Below are positions 50,136 through 63,180 of a stretch of DNA of 64,000 bases, in pieces. Each line of letters opens with the position of its first letter. Position 1 is the first letter of the stretch. The stretch is from Batkoa obscura (taxonomy: Eukaryota), in NCBI GenBank assembly GCA_030770535.1, contig JASVEC010000010.1, forward strand, positions 1,302,001-1,366,000, read 5' to 3'. Below the pieces are notes generated by a model. It was not told the DNA's origin. It was given only the letters and a program-made list of their open reading frames with translations, and made no database searches. The position numbers and the translations under genes are program-made.

Positions 50136-51409
50136 AGATTAATGGATCACAGTTCAATAAATTAAATTAAGTAATACTTTCTAGCTTTTTTTAAAGATAA
50201 TGTATTGACTTTGAATAGACCGTGATGATATCTTTAAATTGAATACAACTGAATATATTATAGTAAAGATTTTGATAGCGTGACTGAAAACCAAACACCA
50301 ATTAATATAAATTTACTAAAAGTTTATAATTGTCATCTAGTAGTCAATCGTTTATCATATTTATATTTGGGACTTACGCTGCTTCTTTGATCATTTTCAT
50401 GTAGGGACATCTTCTTTTGTTTACAAAATTATTTGCAATTATGTCTATATTACTTGATACATCTATGTTATTTAGAGCTATAGAAATTTATTCAAAAATA
50501 TAAATAATAAGTTGGTGTAATAAAATGATTCAAAACAATAAATTTAATATTAAATATATAGTGATGTTTTTTTTAGTTTGATCGCTTTTTCCGTTTTTTA
50601 AGCACTAGGTGAAGAAGCCGTTAATAAAATTCTTAATACATCCCTAAATATTAAAATCAAAAAAAGCTTCAAATACGTATTATTCTGAAATAATGTGTAT
50701 TTGGCCGTAAAGACGGAACCCAAAATTACTGTATGAGATTATGAATTTCAATTATTTTAATACTTCATTGAATTTGGGAAATAATATCAATACTTCTCAA
50801 GCGTATCAAATATAGGTTTAAATCTTGTATTTAGATAAAAATAAGGGTATAGTTCTCATTTTCCTAAAAGAAAATTAATTGGACAAAATTACTTAATTTG
50901 ATGAAATTTCTGGTTGAAATAAAATAAAAGTGATATCAAGAAAACATCTTCAAATGTTTTTTTGTTTAAGAAATTTACCATTTTTTCTATTTGGTAGCAT
51001 TTAAAAAATGTAAAAAATGATGTAACGAAAAAATACGCCCCCCGTTTGGAAAATTTAATTATAGCTCCTTTTATAAATAAGTATAACATCCCACCAACCA
51101 CTTATGCATAAACCCAATTGAAAGTATAAAATCACTTGATTCTAAACAAACACTTTATTGAATTGCTTGAATGCCTAAAATATATCTTTTAATGGCAATT
51201 TATGGGAAAGTAGAATACTGTGTGATACATTATTATCTAAGGAAAACCTGTTTTTATCAAGTAAGGTAACTCGAACATTGAATAACCTGTATTAGTAAAA
51301 CCCAACCAAATAGACAAACAAACATAAATTAGAGGTTGGTAAACAATGCATTTTATAAAGTATATAAGCAAAAAGATAAGATTAATTTTATTTTATTTTA
51401 TTCAACAGT

Positions 51410-52635
51410 ATGGGCACAGTTGAGTATATACATAGTGTAACAAGAAAAGAGATTTATCCAGTGTTAACAAAGATTTCACTTGTTGCAGCCTCATTACTTG
51501 TATTGATAATGATATTAATATGTAGGTATAGTATAAGTTTTATTGAAATATATTAAAAATAAATAGCAATATATGATCGTAAGCTGGTTGATCGAGTAAC
51601 TCTTAGACTACAGACTGCTATTTCATGTTATGATATTTGGCTTCATTCTATCCCATTATGGCTTAGTCGATTTAATTATAAAGAATCGCCCTTTTGTACA
51701 TTTGTTGGTTACCATGGTGTGGCTCTTCCATTATACTATTGCTTCCTAAATGTTTGTATTGGAATCAACTTGCAGTTAATTTTCATACATGGTATTAATG
51801 TAACATGGAAAATTGAAGCGTGCTATTGGATTGGGTCTATTTTACTTACTTTGTTAATTACTATTCCGCCACTTGGTATAATCATATCTTAATATCCATA
51901 TATTCATATTAATTCATTTTATTTAGGAATGGGATTGTTTGGATATAGTGAGATTAATAAGTGCTTTATTGCCACTAATGATGAACAATATGCTAGAATG
52001 TTTAACTTTTATGCAAACAACCTACTTATGATTATTTGTATGGTTTATTTACTGACAATTGTGATTTTAGTTACTGGTAAAATATACCAAGGATTAACTT
52101 TAATAAAAAAGCAAAAAGTGACGATAGACGCGACCCAATCGCCTGAAGCTATCAAAAATATCAAACTATTTGCTTCAAGAATGTAAATTTTACACTATTT
52201 TATTTAAGTACATTAAAATAGTATTTAGTTTGTTATATCCTATAATTATGATCTTCACTCATCTCGGGTTAGTATTGACCAAATCGATTTATGATTTTGG
52301 TGGTAAGATTTCTCTAGGTGCAGATACATTTGCATATATTTCTGGGGGGCTTCTAGGAACACTTAATTTTATTGCGTTTCTTCTTGATCCAAGTGTGCAT
52401 TTGGCATTTAAAACTATATATTACAGAATTGTTAAAAAACAGGAGATTAGTAAATCGGATTCAGATAAATCAAGTAAGATCAATCGATTTTGACTAATTA
52501 ATATATTAATTTTTATTAGATTATAACGATGCTTTTGAGCTAAATGCACTTGAAAATATCGAAAAGGAAGATTTTAACTTCAAAGCTGAAGGCCTCGGAT
52601 CTATTCATTACTCTAAATTTATTAAAAGCTTATAA
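51410..52635 (+). CDS. 7-TM GPCR-like receptor G12, type-A cytoplasmic face; member of pair 2
   Basis: ATG at 51410 (MGTVEYIHSV...), five exons. ICL3 KIYQGLTLIKKQKVTIDATQSPEAIKNIKLFASR; ends YSKFIKSL*. Confidence 0.85.
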
Positions 52636-53118
52636 CAAAACTTATGATAGATTTTTTAGCTCTATTTTGTATATCAAATTGAGTTACAATTTATTCCAAT
52701 ATTGTCCTTGTTAAAGGTGAGATACAATGCTGTACTCCAAGAAAATATTTTACCCAATGAGAACGCTCAAATACAAAGCAGTTGCTATTACCATTGGCCT
52801 TAGCTCTTAAATTGTAATCACTCAATTCCTTGGTATAGAATATTATATATCTAAACTTAGACATTGTATTTAAAACTGTATTCTATTTAAAATACTCTGA
52901 TTATAGAAAAATCAAAATTACAACACTTTGAATATTAATGTTAGATTAAATATAATGTTAATTTACAATATGATTATAATATTTAGTTCTATGTAGTCAC
53001 TTTATCTATAAAAACATAATAGACTACCTCATTAAATGTTTATCAAAATTTTTATCAAGATTTTCTACTCCAATATCTTATTGTTCTCTTAATCTACTTA
53101 TTAACAATTAAATACTAT

Positions 53119-53579
53119 TGTGAGATATCGCTTTGTCAGCCCCATGGTTAGTTATAGCATAACAATCGCCTAAGCTGTTGTGTTCTCGAGTTCAAAGAAA
53201 ATCAACCCCACGTTCTTAGTTTGATTTGATATGAGAATTTCTATCTTCGTCTCAAAGAATATTCTCCCCTCGTTTTGATACTTATACTTATCGGAGTATA
53301 AAAGAGATTCTAAAACATAATAGCTTGAGGCTTTTTAACTTAATTATTTCCTGATATCTCGTACATTTAATAAAGCCACTAAGTTTTCTTAATAATATCC
53401 TACGTAGATTTACATTAGTATTGTCTATTCTATCTGTCCTATATAGCTTGTAACCTATTACATGCTATTCTTCATAATCTAAGTCTATCTTAGTCACATA
53501 AACTAAGGCCTTTCGACTTACAATATAGTCAACCCAGCAATAGCTGTTCTTGACTCCAAACACTGAGTACCAGATTTCA
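53119..53579 (+). mobile_element. Solo-LTR-like element (family L)
   Basis: TGTGAGATATCGC...CAGATTTCA with CTAT on both flanks (terminal CA apparently lost). Confidence 0.85.
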
Positions 53580-53871
53580 CTATACACAAATAAATAATCG
53601 GTTTTTTAAATTCTCTTTTGTAGCTAATCCAACTCAATTCTAAAATAAATAATAGTGACTTTTAAAGCTAGTTATTTAAATAGTTGATTTTCATTTGAGT
53701 TTATAATTCTAAAGAAATAAAATCTAGCATGTCGTTATGTTGATTATTATTATTGCTGATATCTTATTTTTACATTAATAATGTCAAGTTATTATTTATT
53801 AAAAACATATTAGAATAAAAAATATTAGATGCATAATATTAAAATAAAAAAAGGTTAAAATGTTAAGAATT

Positions 53872-53970
53872 GGGGATATTTTTTTTGACTTCATTACTTT
53901 TTATATCTTTTAAGCATTATTTGAGTAGAAAAATTATTAGTAAAATTCTCAAACGCAAAAATACATCCCC
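53872..53970 (+). mobile_element. About 100-bp Sola-type MITE
   Basis: TSD AATT; GGGGAT...ACATCCCC. Confidence 0.85.
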
Positions 53971-54074
53971 AATTTTTAAAGTACAAATCTAATGGTATAA
54001 AAGCAATTTATCAGTTGGAATTATCATAAAAAGCTAGCTTTAGTTAATTTATAAATTACGTTCTATTAGAATAT

Positions 54075-54277
54075 GGAGATGTTTTTTTGTGATTAAGAAT
54101 TTTACTAACAATTTTTCTACTCAAATAGCGCTTAAAAAATGGAAAAAGAATGAAATCAAAAAAAACATCACCATATGGGGATGTATTTTTGTATTTAAGA
54201 ATTTTACTGATAATTTTTCCACATAAATAATAGCGCTTAAAAAATGGAAAAATAATGAAACTAAAAAAAACAGCCCC
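54075..54277 (-). mobile_element. Tandem pair of MITEs sharing an ATAT site
   Basis: ATAT-[54075-54172]-ATAT-[54177-54277]-ATAT. Confidence 0.85.
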
Positions 54278-54675
54278 ATATGGTAAAAAATTGTTGACTT
54301 TAAATTTTGCCAAAAAAATTTACTTTTAAATAAACCGTTATTTATTTTAGAATTGAGCTCGACTAGCTGGACTATAAATTGTTCATTTGCTTATAATTAA
54401 TTATTTATGTTATACTTAAACAAAGATCAAGCTTCAAAAAGATCAATCGATTCCACATATAATTTAACTATAATATTACCACTAAAAAAGCTGTAAAAAG
54501 AGTTATAACAGTTATAAAATAAAATAAAAGTGAAAACAAAAATCACAAAAGATATTGAGCTCTAGCTTATCTATTTCAATTTGTTTTTTATGCTATTGTA
54601 AAAAAAAAAATTTTAACATCTGAAAAAACCTTATCCTAAATATACCATTTACTATTTAAATATGTTATATCGGAG

Positions 54676-55912
54676 TTATAAAGTTCGAAGGAATGCCTCA
54701 AGCTTTTTATCAAAAGCTTCCTCAGGTGTAAGAGCTGCTGAGGAATCAGAGCTAGCAAAATTATCCAAATCAATATTGACAGAAAAGAACTTAGATTTCA
54801 TATTGACTAGAGTAAATTAGTTTAGGCTTTATTTATGTAAATATAAAAATATTCTTACTATCTGTAGGGTCTCGGAATTTATTCCTAGTACTTAATCTTA
54901 AATATATTTTCCTGAATGCAGAATGGATAGTAGGATCGCAACAGAAAGCAGTAAAGTTAAGAATACCTAACATCCCCCCAGAAATATATGCAAATGTATC
55001 TGCGCCTGGAGAAATCTTACCAGTAAAGTCATAAATTGATTTCGTAAGTACCAGTCCAAGGTGTGTAAAGATCATAATTGATGGATAAAGCAAGCTGAAT
55101 CATGAATTAGTAAACACATTATTTAAAAGATTAAAATACATTCTAAAGCCCATAAGTTTCACACTTTTTGTTGCTTCTATGGAAGATCTTGATCCACGAA
55201 ATAGTCTGAAATTTTTTACTATTCCCGTTTGTTTACGTAATTTGAAAACAACTAAAATCACAATTGTCAGTAAATAAACCATACAAATAATCATAAGTAG
55301 GTTGTTTGCATAAAAGTTAAACATTCTAGCATATTGTTCATCATTAGTGGCAATAAAGCACTTATTAATCTCACTATATCCAAACAATCCCATTCCTAAA
55401 TAAAATGAATTAATATGAATATATGGATATTAAGATATGATTATACCAAGTGGCGGAATAGTAATTAACAAAGTAAGTAAAATAGACCCAATCCAATAGC
55501 ACGCTTCAATTTTCCATGTTACATTAATACCATGTATGAAAATTAACTGCAAGTTGATTCCAATACAAACATTTAGGAAGCAATAGTATAATGGAAGAGC
55601 CACACCATGGTAACCAACAAATGTACAAAAGGGCGATTCTTTATAATTAAATCGACTAAGCCATAATGGGATAGAATGAAGCCAAATATCATAACATGAA
55701 ATAGCAGTCTGTAGTCTAAGAGTTACTCGATCAACCAGCTTACGATCATATATTGCTATTTATTTTTAATATATTTCAATAAAACTTATACTATACCTAC
55801 ATATTAATATCATTATCAATACAAGTAATGAGGCTGCAACAAGTGAAATCTTTGTTAACACTGGATAAATCTCTTTTCTTGTTACACTATGTATATACTC
55901 AACTGTACCCAT
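54676..55912 (-). CDS. 7-TM GPCR-like receptor G13, type-B cytoplasmic face; member of pair 2
   Basis: ATG at 55912; the 5' ~663 nt match G12. ICL3 KLRKQTGIVKNFRLFRGSRSSIEATKSVKLMGFR; tail FCCDPTIHSAFRKIYLR...EAFLRTL*. Confidence 0.85.
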
Positions 55913-57671
55913 ACCGTCCAATCAATTTAAAATTTATTACACTAAACTGAATTTTGGAAATTTAATTGCACTACTGATATATTTATACTTTTTTTGTTAA
56001 GCCACTTTTTCATATATTCTTGCTTCAAACAGGTATATGAAATATTAATTTTATGTTAAACAGTTTAACAGCTCTAAATGAAATATGCAGTTTCCTTTAT
56101 GATGATATATTTTAGCAGAAATTGTATCCCTTATACTCACATTCTTATCTTATAGGCTCATAAAATTATAGAAGTCCGATTTATTTTATTGTATGTATTT
56201 AATAAAAGCTTGTTATCATTTTATTTTACTTTAAACTACTAGTAAAATATAAATATTAACATATATCTGTATTCACTAGAATCTATATCAAAATAACCTT
56301 TAAACCAATAACATAGTACTATATGAAAACAGTTTCTCGGACCTATACCTAAGTAGTTAAATCCTGATGATATGAATAATATTCGATAAACTTGTTTATG
56401 AAATTAGAACATTATAAAAGTCATGTTTTGAATTCCCAAGTTTTGTTTTTATCACCTGTTTCTCTATTTATTAAACATACGTCTAATACCTATGCTATAA
56501 TGTTTTTGAATATACCACAATATTTGTAAGATTGTGACCTAAAATATATGACCTAAAATATATGACTCTTTCAATAACATGATAAAAAACTTTAGATATA
56601 TAACTCTATTAAAAATAAATGAGACTGATTTGTTAGGCAGCTTTTAGTAAATCAATCTCATTTATTTTGAGTATAGTTATAATGCTGTATAAAATTAAGA
56701 AAAATTTATCTGTATACAGTTCTAAATATGGCTTTAATACGACGATGTTTTTTTTGGTTTCATTACTTTTTCATTTTTTTTAAGCGCTATTTGAATGGAA
56801 ATATTGTCAGCAAAATTCTTAAACAAGAAAATACATCCCCACAGAGTGAAAAAAATTGGTGACTTCATACTTATAAATTCTTATGCTTGAATGCTTTATA
56901 TGAGTCTTCAAATCGTAAACCTTAAGTTTTTAAAGATTCTAGCTTATAACATTATTCAGAAAGTGATTGAGCTGTGCTATAAACACAAAACTTGTATATA
57001 AATTTATGAAGTTGGCAAATGTTTTAAATCAGGTTTAAGATGTGGCAATTAAATTTATACATAATGTGATTCTAAGTAAGCAGGATCTATCTATATATGG
57101 ACTTAAAGATTAAAAAACATCGTTAATTAAATTTCAAAAAATATGTCCACCTATGAAATTTTTGGATTGAGCTCCTGACTATTCTATAGCAATGGTTTTT
57201 TATTCCGATATAACAACTTATATTTCTAATTCTGTTACATAAATCAAAATTATAAAACAAAAAATATTTTATACATATTTAAAAAAATTGTATATTACCT
57301 TTAAATTTCTTAGTTTTATATGCTAAAAATTAGTTTAATAGAAATGGTTTTTATTTTAATAAAAAGCAATCTGTTTTTTCGCTTTAATAAATAAAGATAA
57401 GAACTTTATCTTCTACACTATTTAGGTTAGAGCATAAAGTGGAAATCATTGTAGAACTGGTTGCATTTAGATATCATTCGTTGTTTTAATTTATCAATTT
57501 CTTTTATATAAATTTAGGCTTTTAGTTTACTTGTAGCTCTTATATTACATAAAAAATTAAAAATAAAACAAACAATAACAAGCATCCAAATGTAACTAGT
57601 TTTTTCAGCGTTTTCCCATTAACTTTATAAATTCATTCTAAAATGGTACTTAAATTGCTTTTTTTACAAAT

Positions 57672-57767
57672 GGGAATGTTTTTTTTGACTTCATTATTTT
57701 TCCATCTTTAAGCGCTATTTGGGTGGAAAATTGTTAGTAAAATTCTTAAATATAAAAATACATCCCC
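57672..57767 (+). mobile_element. About 100-bp Sola-type MITE
   Basis: TSD AAAT. Confidence 0.8.
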
Positions 57768-58444
57768 AAATAATATTTGAAAATTGCCCCATTAGGGAAT
57801 ATATTAAATCAAATCATGTTTCTATAATTTTTTAATACATCACTAGAAAAACGAAGTATATTTACTGTATTTTAGCGAAAACTAGTTACAAAACTTTGAA
57901 ACTCAAAGCAATGAAGTTAAATGGAAAATATCGTATTATATAAATATGTTGGAAAAAAATAAAAAAATAAATGCGGCAATATAATATTTGAAAAATAAAA
58001 AAAAAGATTAAGCATGATATATTATTTTAATATACATCAAATTCTTTAAAAACACTAAATTGATTACTTATTTAAATGTTTCTAAAAGGCACGTTTAGCT
58101 TAAATTAATAGCAAGAAAAACTACTTACATTGCAGATATAACAAGCAGATTGTTATATTGATGAAGCGTGCTACCTTATATTGATTTGTTATGTTGCTTA
58201 CTAAATTCCATTAGCTCTTCATTAATTTCATATAAAGAGTTAGATTTACAATAACACTCGTTCTTCTATAAAACTGCATCATATTAATTTATTCTTGAAT
58301 CATAGCTCTCATTCGCATCCTGACCTATTCTCATGAGTATAAACCAAATGCAGTATTAATACAATGGCTAAAAATAAAATATTCTCTAAAACTTAAAAAA
58401 GTGACTACACTAAGAAGGATTAATTGAAATAGAGTAGAATATAT

Positions 58445-59800
58445 GGGGATGTCTAGATTTTTTTGATTTTTTATCCAATTTTTAAATATCGTGAAATCTG
58501 GTACTCAATGTTTGGAGCCAAGAACAGCTATTGCTGGGTTGACCAGACTATAAGCTGAAAGGTCTTAGTTTGTGTGACTAAGATAGACTTGGATTATGAA
58601 AAATAGTACGTAATAGGCTAAAGACTATGCAGAACAAATAAAATAGACAATACTAATGTAAAATCTAGGTAAAATACTATTAAGAAAACTTGGTGGCTTT
58701 ATTAAATGTTCGAGATATCAGGAAATAATTCAGTTAAAAAGCTTCGAACTACTATACTCTGTAAACTCTTTTATACTCCGGTAAGTATAAGTATCAAAAC
58801 GAGGGGAGAATATTCTTTGAGACGAAGATAGAAATTCTCATATCAAATCAAACTAAGAACGTGGGGTTGATTTTCTCTGAACTCGAGAACACAACAGCTT
58901 AGGCGATTGTTATGCTATAACTAACCATGGGACTGACAAAGCGATATTTCACACAATCAATGTAAACTTTGTCTATTGTTTTATCATCTTTTAAATATAA
59001 TACACCAAAACCTAATACTGATATAGCTTGTTTATTATGATGATCTAGATTTATTGAATCTGATCTTGTTCCTATTTCCATATTTTTTTTAAAATCTAAA
59101 ATCATTATACAACTTTTATTATTTAATTTTTTAATAGTTTCTTTAAATGTGTTTTTTTGAGTATTAATATAAAATTTATGTGGGGGTACTTTTTGGTTTT
59201 CTCACTTTTTCCATTTTTAAAGTGCTATTCTATTCAAGTGGAAAAGTTGCTAGTAAAATTCATAAACAAAAAAACACATCCTCAAACCTTGATAAAATAG
59301 TTGAATTATTTAATAAATATTGTATAACTTCAATTTGCCCATTTTTGATTTTTTTACATTTTTAATAATAGGTTGTAGTGTTAGTATTTTATCATTATCA
59401 GATATTTTTAAATAGTCATATTGATTTCTACTTATATTGAATCCAAGACTTTTACATTTGTCAAAAGAATATACTGAGGCTATAGTTACTAATAATGCTG
59501 CTTACTGGTTTTTACTTCATATTTCTTCTAATATATGGGGATATATTTTTGTATTTAAGAATTTTGCTAACAATATTTCCACTCAAATAGTGCTTAAAAA
59601 ATGGAAAGGTAATGAAACCAAAAAAACATCCACATAATTAAAAAAATCAGCTATTTAAATAGAATAATTAAACCTTTTAAATAAAAAGATTCAACTTCAA
59701 GCTTTTTTAAATTTAACCAATCACACACTAAGAACTTATTAATTTAAACTTAAAGTTTGAATTAATTTTTAAGAAATTTTGAAATAATTTGGGTATCCTC
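58445..59800 (-). mobile_element. Decayed Sola element with a nested solo LTR and two MITEs
   Basis: Degenerate termini GGGGATGTCTAG... and ...GGGTATCCTC; transposase remnant LDFKKNMEIGTR at 58955-59520. Confidence 0.75.
58490..58953 (-). mobile_element. Solo-LTR-like element (family L), no TSD
   Basis: CGTGAAATCTGG...ATATTTCACA; joins a Sola terminus directly to mid-transposase sequence. Confidence 0.85.
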
Positions 59801-60504
59801 GTATACTATTAATGCTTAATAATAAAATAAAACCTAAAAATAATATTTTAGCACTTATTTTATACATTTTTATTATTATTAGCTTGTGACTGAGATAAAA
59901 ACTACACAAAAAAAGTGCGAATTCTTATTTCATAACCTAGTATAAGAGATGAGGAATTATAAGTAGTATTCAAAGGGTAAAAAAGGCCAACTGCCCATCT
60001 ACAACCATTACAATATTAAAATACCGATTTGATAACATGCTTACCAGCATTTTTATTAAAACTACTTATTCTAGGAACAAAAAATAGATTGGAAATAGAT
60101 TACTTATAGTTTTAACGTTAAGTTTGTATAATGTCCCTATTTTTTTAGAATAAAAGCATAAGCAGATGAGAGACGTTCTAGTGCTAAATATTGTCCTTCC
60201 TTATTCAAGATCTAAAGTTCAAACCTTGACGAGCCAAAAAAGTGTCAATAACCCTTTAAGGGAGTGGAGTTTACATCGCCTATCAAAGTAACAAAAAGCC
60301 TACACTCTCCGCTATAGTCCTCTCATAATCTCTAGATCTTCAGTCTTTCTTTAGATACTATACAAATTGATTTTTTTAAAATCCTTATACTGCCTTCAAT
60401 AAACCAGAACATCCAATGTGAATAAATAAGAATAAAATCTGGTATTTTCAATGGGACGCATCAATAATCAGCCTGATTTTTGTTATTGGAATAAATTATA
60501 ATAT

Positions 60505-60603
60505 GGGGATGATTTTTTTAGTTTCATTGCTTTTTCCATTTTTTAAGCCCTATTTGAGCGGAAAAATTGTTAGCAAAATTCTTAAACATAAAAATACATC
60601 CTC
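60505..60603 (+). mobile_element. About 100-bp Sola-type MITE
   Basis: TSD ATAT. Confidence 0.85.
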
Positions 60604-60842
60604 ATATAGTATCTATATTCAATCAATAGAACCAATATTTATACATAAATTAATAGATACGTAACAAATACATATGTAAAAAAATCTTTAACTACCAGCT
60701 CCTAATTTAGAAGGATTTTTTTATAAACTACTTCAAGCTTGAGTGATAAGAAACTTGAGGTATCAAAATTATTTAAGTTAATATTGACAAAAGCTTCGGC
60801 CTTTTATTATCTAAATTCAAGTTAGTTTATTTATACTTATCC

Positions 60843-61915
60843 TTACACGAAGCTACTCATAGTATCTATGTCATTACAAGACCTTTTCCTATTAACAAAT
60901 CTTAAATAGATTTCCTTAACTGCTGAATGTATAGTAGGATCACAACAAAAAGCGATAAAATTAAGTGTTCCTAGCATTCCTAAAGTAATATAAGTAAAAG
61001 CATCTAAACCGAGAAAGTCAGCACCACTTAGATCATAGATCGTTTTGCCTAATGCTAGACCAATATGAGTGAATATCATGATTATCGGGTATAATAAACT
61101 AAACTTCTTTTAGTAAGTTACGCATGATGTTATAAGACCTTACATTCTAGAAGCAAGCAGCTTAATGTGTTTGATACTTTCAAGTAATCGGCTATTATCC
61201 GTTGCCAGTTTTTGCTCTTCTGTTATAGTTAATCCACGATATAATTTTATCAATACTAAAATCACAACGATTAACAAATAAGCCATACAAACAAACATAA
61301 CTAAAGGGTTGGTAAAGAAATGAAATGTTCTAGCAAAAGCTTCATCGTCTGTTTTAAGATAACATCCATTGAAATCACTATATCCAAACAGTCCCATAGC
61401 TATATAGATTATATTAGTATAAATTTATAAGTACATAAGAGATTAATATACCAAGTGGTGGAATAGTAATTATTAGAGTAAGTAAAATGGATCCAATCCA
61501 GTAAGCTGCTTCAATTTTATTTGTCGTTTTAACTCCATGTATAAAAACTAATTGTAAATTGATTCCAATACAAAGGTTAAGAAAGCAATAAAGTAAAGGA
61601 AAAGCCACACCTTGATAGCCAATAAAAGGGCATAATGTTGATTCGGGAGTAGCATATACGCGAGCCCAAAGTGGGACAGAATGTAACCAGATATCATAGC
61701 ATGAAATAGCAGTTTGTAACCTAAGAGTCACCCTATTAACTAATTTAAAATCATGCATTGCTATTCATTTTTAATCTATCTTAAGTTAAATGATATTATA
61801 AATTACATAATGCTATCATTGTCAGCACCACTAGCGAAGCAAAGGTAAGTGAAATTTTTGAAATTACTGGGTATATTTGTTTATTTATATAATCTGCATA
61901 TTCTTCTTCATTCAT
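60843..61915 (-). CDS. 7-TM GPCR-like receptor G14 (last exon uncertain)
   Basis: ATG at 61915 (MNEEEYADYI...); the central ~830 nt are essentially identical to G10. The tail exon near 60700-60810 appears frameshifted. Confidence 0.7.
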
Positions 61916-63074
61916 ATTTCGGTGTAATTTGAACTTCAAAAGTTTTTTTTTATACAATCTCAATTTAAGCTATTCTACTGTATATATACTTATTTTTCGA
62001 ACTTTTTTTTCAATCTTGTTTAAACAAGTATAGTATTCATTTGGAGATGTATTTTTTTAAGAATTTTGCTAACAATCTTTCTGCTTAAATAGCGCCTAAA
62101 ATGGAAAAAGTAGTGAAGTTAAAAAAAACATCCACATTTTCTAATTAAAACTTTAATACATCTGAATTTTATTAAAGGTCGAAGTGGATGTCTTAAACTT
62201 GAATTTGATGAGTAGAAAATAGGAAAAATTAATATGATTAAAGCTCAGTAAATACAGGTTAAAAACGCCCAATCTACGTTTAGATTATGGCATAGTAAAC
62301 GTGATTTTTATGAGTTTTAAAATGATTAAATAAAGAATCAAAACTATTTTTAACAAAACGTGATATAGTAAAAATGAATAAAAATGATATTTTGTTCTAC
62401 TTATTAATTTCGTGATGAAATTTTTAATTTTTAAGGGATGAGTTAAATTTTCAACAAACAGCAGTTGTAACTCTATTGCAACCTAATTTGTGGTAATCTT
62501 TAAAGCAGGATGTTTACTCATTTGTTTTTATAAACCATAATGGTTTTTTAAACTGATTTTAGTAAAATTTATCCTTAAATAAATAGTTAACTAAGTCCTA
62601 AAAGAGCTGCAACATCTGTAAGGATGTTTTTAAAACTATCTCTTTTTCCAATGGAGTTTCATTGGCAAAAGTGATTGATTACAACCATAAAATTAACTAT
62701 TTCAATATCAAGTCATATTTTTTAAAATAATTTTATATAGTAAAACAAATGCTTGAGTAAAAATATACTGTACATTATATTGCAATATATATATTATCCC
62801 CAGTAACTTCTCTATTAAACATTGCTCTTTTTGTTGAAGAAAATCTCACTATATAAATCTGATAAAAAAATAAAGAAATAACAGTGAGTTTGAAAAATTC
62901 ATTTAAAAAATATAAACTATTGACTTACTTATTGTACTAAAATTTAATAACCTATGGCTCTGTTTTTCTATACTATAATCAAATGCTATTTATTATTTAA
63001 AGCTATCAATAGCTCAATTAGTTTTTATAAATAGTGATATTGTTTATGTATAATTATTTAATTTTACAACTTAC

Positions 63075-63180
63075 TAAAGATGTTCTAAGGACGCTTAGCT
63101 TTATAAAATTTCTCGTTGATCCAATTGTACGCTATGAATTTAAAATCCTATACTATATAATTGTAAAAAATCAAGAGATT
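63075..63180 (+). pseudogene. GPCR relic G15 (TM7 to helix 8)
   Basis: VLRTLSFIKFLVDPIVRYEFKILYYIIVKNQEI matches family GTLNF.AF..DPTVHHA..IYYR..K.QEI. Confidence 0.7.

Noticed and set aside
54056..54313. Recurrent small ORFs with FKRYLSGKI..KILKHKNTSP (also 10336, 19727, 26535, 30114, 59180)
   Set aside because: These are chance translations of the MITE, not a peptide family.
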